64,000 bases of DNA from NCBI GenBank assembly GCA_030390025.1, contig CM059431.1, positions 149,918,001 through 149,982,000 of the forward strand, in the 5' to 3' direction. A program made the translations under genes and the position numbers. The stretch's first letter is position 1. Every line of letters starts with the position of its first letter. Under the pieces are notes generated by a model. It was not told the DNA's origin, did no database searches, and saw nothing but the letters and a program-made list of their open reading frames with translations. Below, in pieces: positions 62,880-64,000 of this stretch. Source of the stretch: Squalus acanthias (taxonomy: Eukaryota).

Positions 62880-63715
62880 CTCCCTCACTCTCTCTCTCTC
62901 TCCAGTTTCTAGCTCTCTCTTCACCAGTCTATATCTCTCTCTCCCCCATTCTTTCTCTCCCTTCTCTCTCTCGCCCTAATGTCTCTCTCACTCTCTCATT
63001 CCGTCTCTCTCTCCAGTCTCTCTTTCCCAGTCTCTCTCTCTCCCCGCCAGTCTCTCTCTCTCCCTGAGTCACACTCTCTCTCGCCAATCTCACTCTCTCT
63101 CGCAGTCTCACTCTGTCTCTCCCAGTAACTCTCTCCCCCAGTCTCTCTCTCTCCCTGAGTCTCACTCTCTCCCAGTCTCAGTCTCTCTCCCAGTCCCTCT
63201 CTCTCCCTCAGTATCTCTCTCTCCAACAGTATCTCTCTCACTCTCTCCAGTCTCTCTCTCACTCCCAGATTCTCTCTTCCTCCCCAGTCTCTGTCTCACC
63301 AGTCTGTCTCTCCCCAGTCATCGCTCCCCTCAGTCTCTCTCTCTCTCCTCCAGTCTGGCTCATCCACCAGACTTTCACTCCCCAGTATCTCTCTCTGCCC
63401 CCCAGTATCTCTCTCTCCCAGTCTCTCTCTCTCACTCCCCTAGAATCTCTAACTCTCTTCCCCCAGTCTCTCTCTTTCCAGTCTCTATCTCCACCCAGTC
63501 TCTCTCAACAGTCTCTCTCTCTCTCTCTCTCTCACACTGTCTCTCTATCTCCCTGTCTCTCTCTCTCTCTCCCAGTTCCTTACTCCTCCTCAGTCTCTCT
63601 CCCTCCTGAGCCTCTTACCCTCTCCTCCAGTCTCTTTCTCTCTCTCTCTCTCTTCCCTAGCCTCTCTCTCTCTGCCAGACTCTCTCTCTCTCTTCCAGTC
63701 TCTCTCTCTCTACCA
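62880..63715. repeat. CT-rich repeat (TCTCTCTCTCCCCAG)n
   Basis: Low complexity with recurring CCAGTCTC. Confidence 0.93.
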
Positions 63716-64000
63716 GGTTTCCCCCCTGGCTGGTGTATTTAGTATTTGGGAGAATAATCTCAAGATAAGGGGTAGGCCATTTAAGACTCAGATGAGGAGC
63801 TTTTTCTGCACTCAGAGGGTTGTGAATCTTTGGAATTCTCTCCCCCAGAGGGATGTGGATGCTCAGTCGTTGAGTAAATTCAAGGCTGAGATAGAGATAA
63901 TTTTGGACTCTCGGAGAATCAAGAGATATGGCGATAGGGTGGGAAAGTGGAGTTGAGGTCGTTGATCAGCCATGATCTTAATGAATGGTAGGAGCAGACT
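63716..64000 (+). mobile_element. CR1 ORF2 C-terminus / 3' UTR, running off the window
   Basis: GGTAGGCCATTTAAGACT..ACTCAGAGGGTTGTGAAT..GATCAGCCATGATCTTA, matching 40470-40690. Confidence 0.9.

Overview
Eukaryotic, repeat-dominated window with no recognisable host protein-coding gene. The repeat families (CR1 LINEs with an esterase ORF1, a Penelope element, a tRNA-derived SINE, a 67-bp minisatellite) point to a cartilaginous fish, probably a shark; this is an inference from family resemblance. Bases ~1-28.8 kb are an 80/82-bp satellite organised as a multi-kb higher-order repeat with six copies of a non-satellite cassette. The monomer appears to derive from the B-box region of an AmnSINE2-like tRNA-SINE head. 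Bases ~29-64 kb are CT/GA low-complexity tracts filled with nested retroelements. These include a full-length CR1 with both ORFs open (41851-45950, minus), a palindromic Penelope insertion with a 14-bp TSD and two minimal hammerhead motifs, decayed CR1 copies, a 28S rRNA fragment and a CpG-rich double-CCAAT promoter-like island. A tRNA-Lys relic lies near the window start. Best leads: (1) an in-phase U_UUA_AAC -1 frameshift heptamer joining CR1 ORF1 to an ORF2 that has no early AUG; (2) the SINE-derived higher-order satellite and its exon-like cassette; (3) the hammerheads in the Penelope palindrome. All alignments were done by eye and boundaries in degenerate repeats are approximate.
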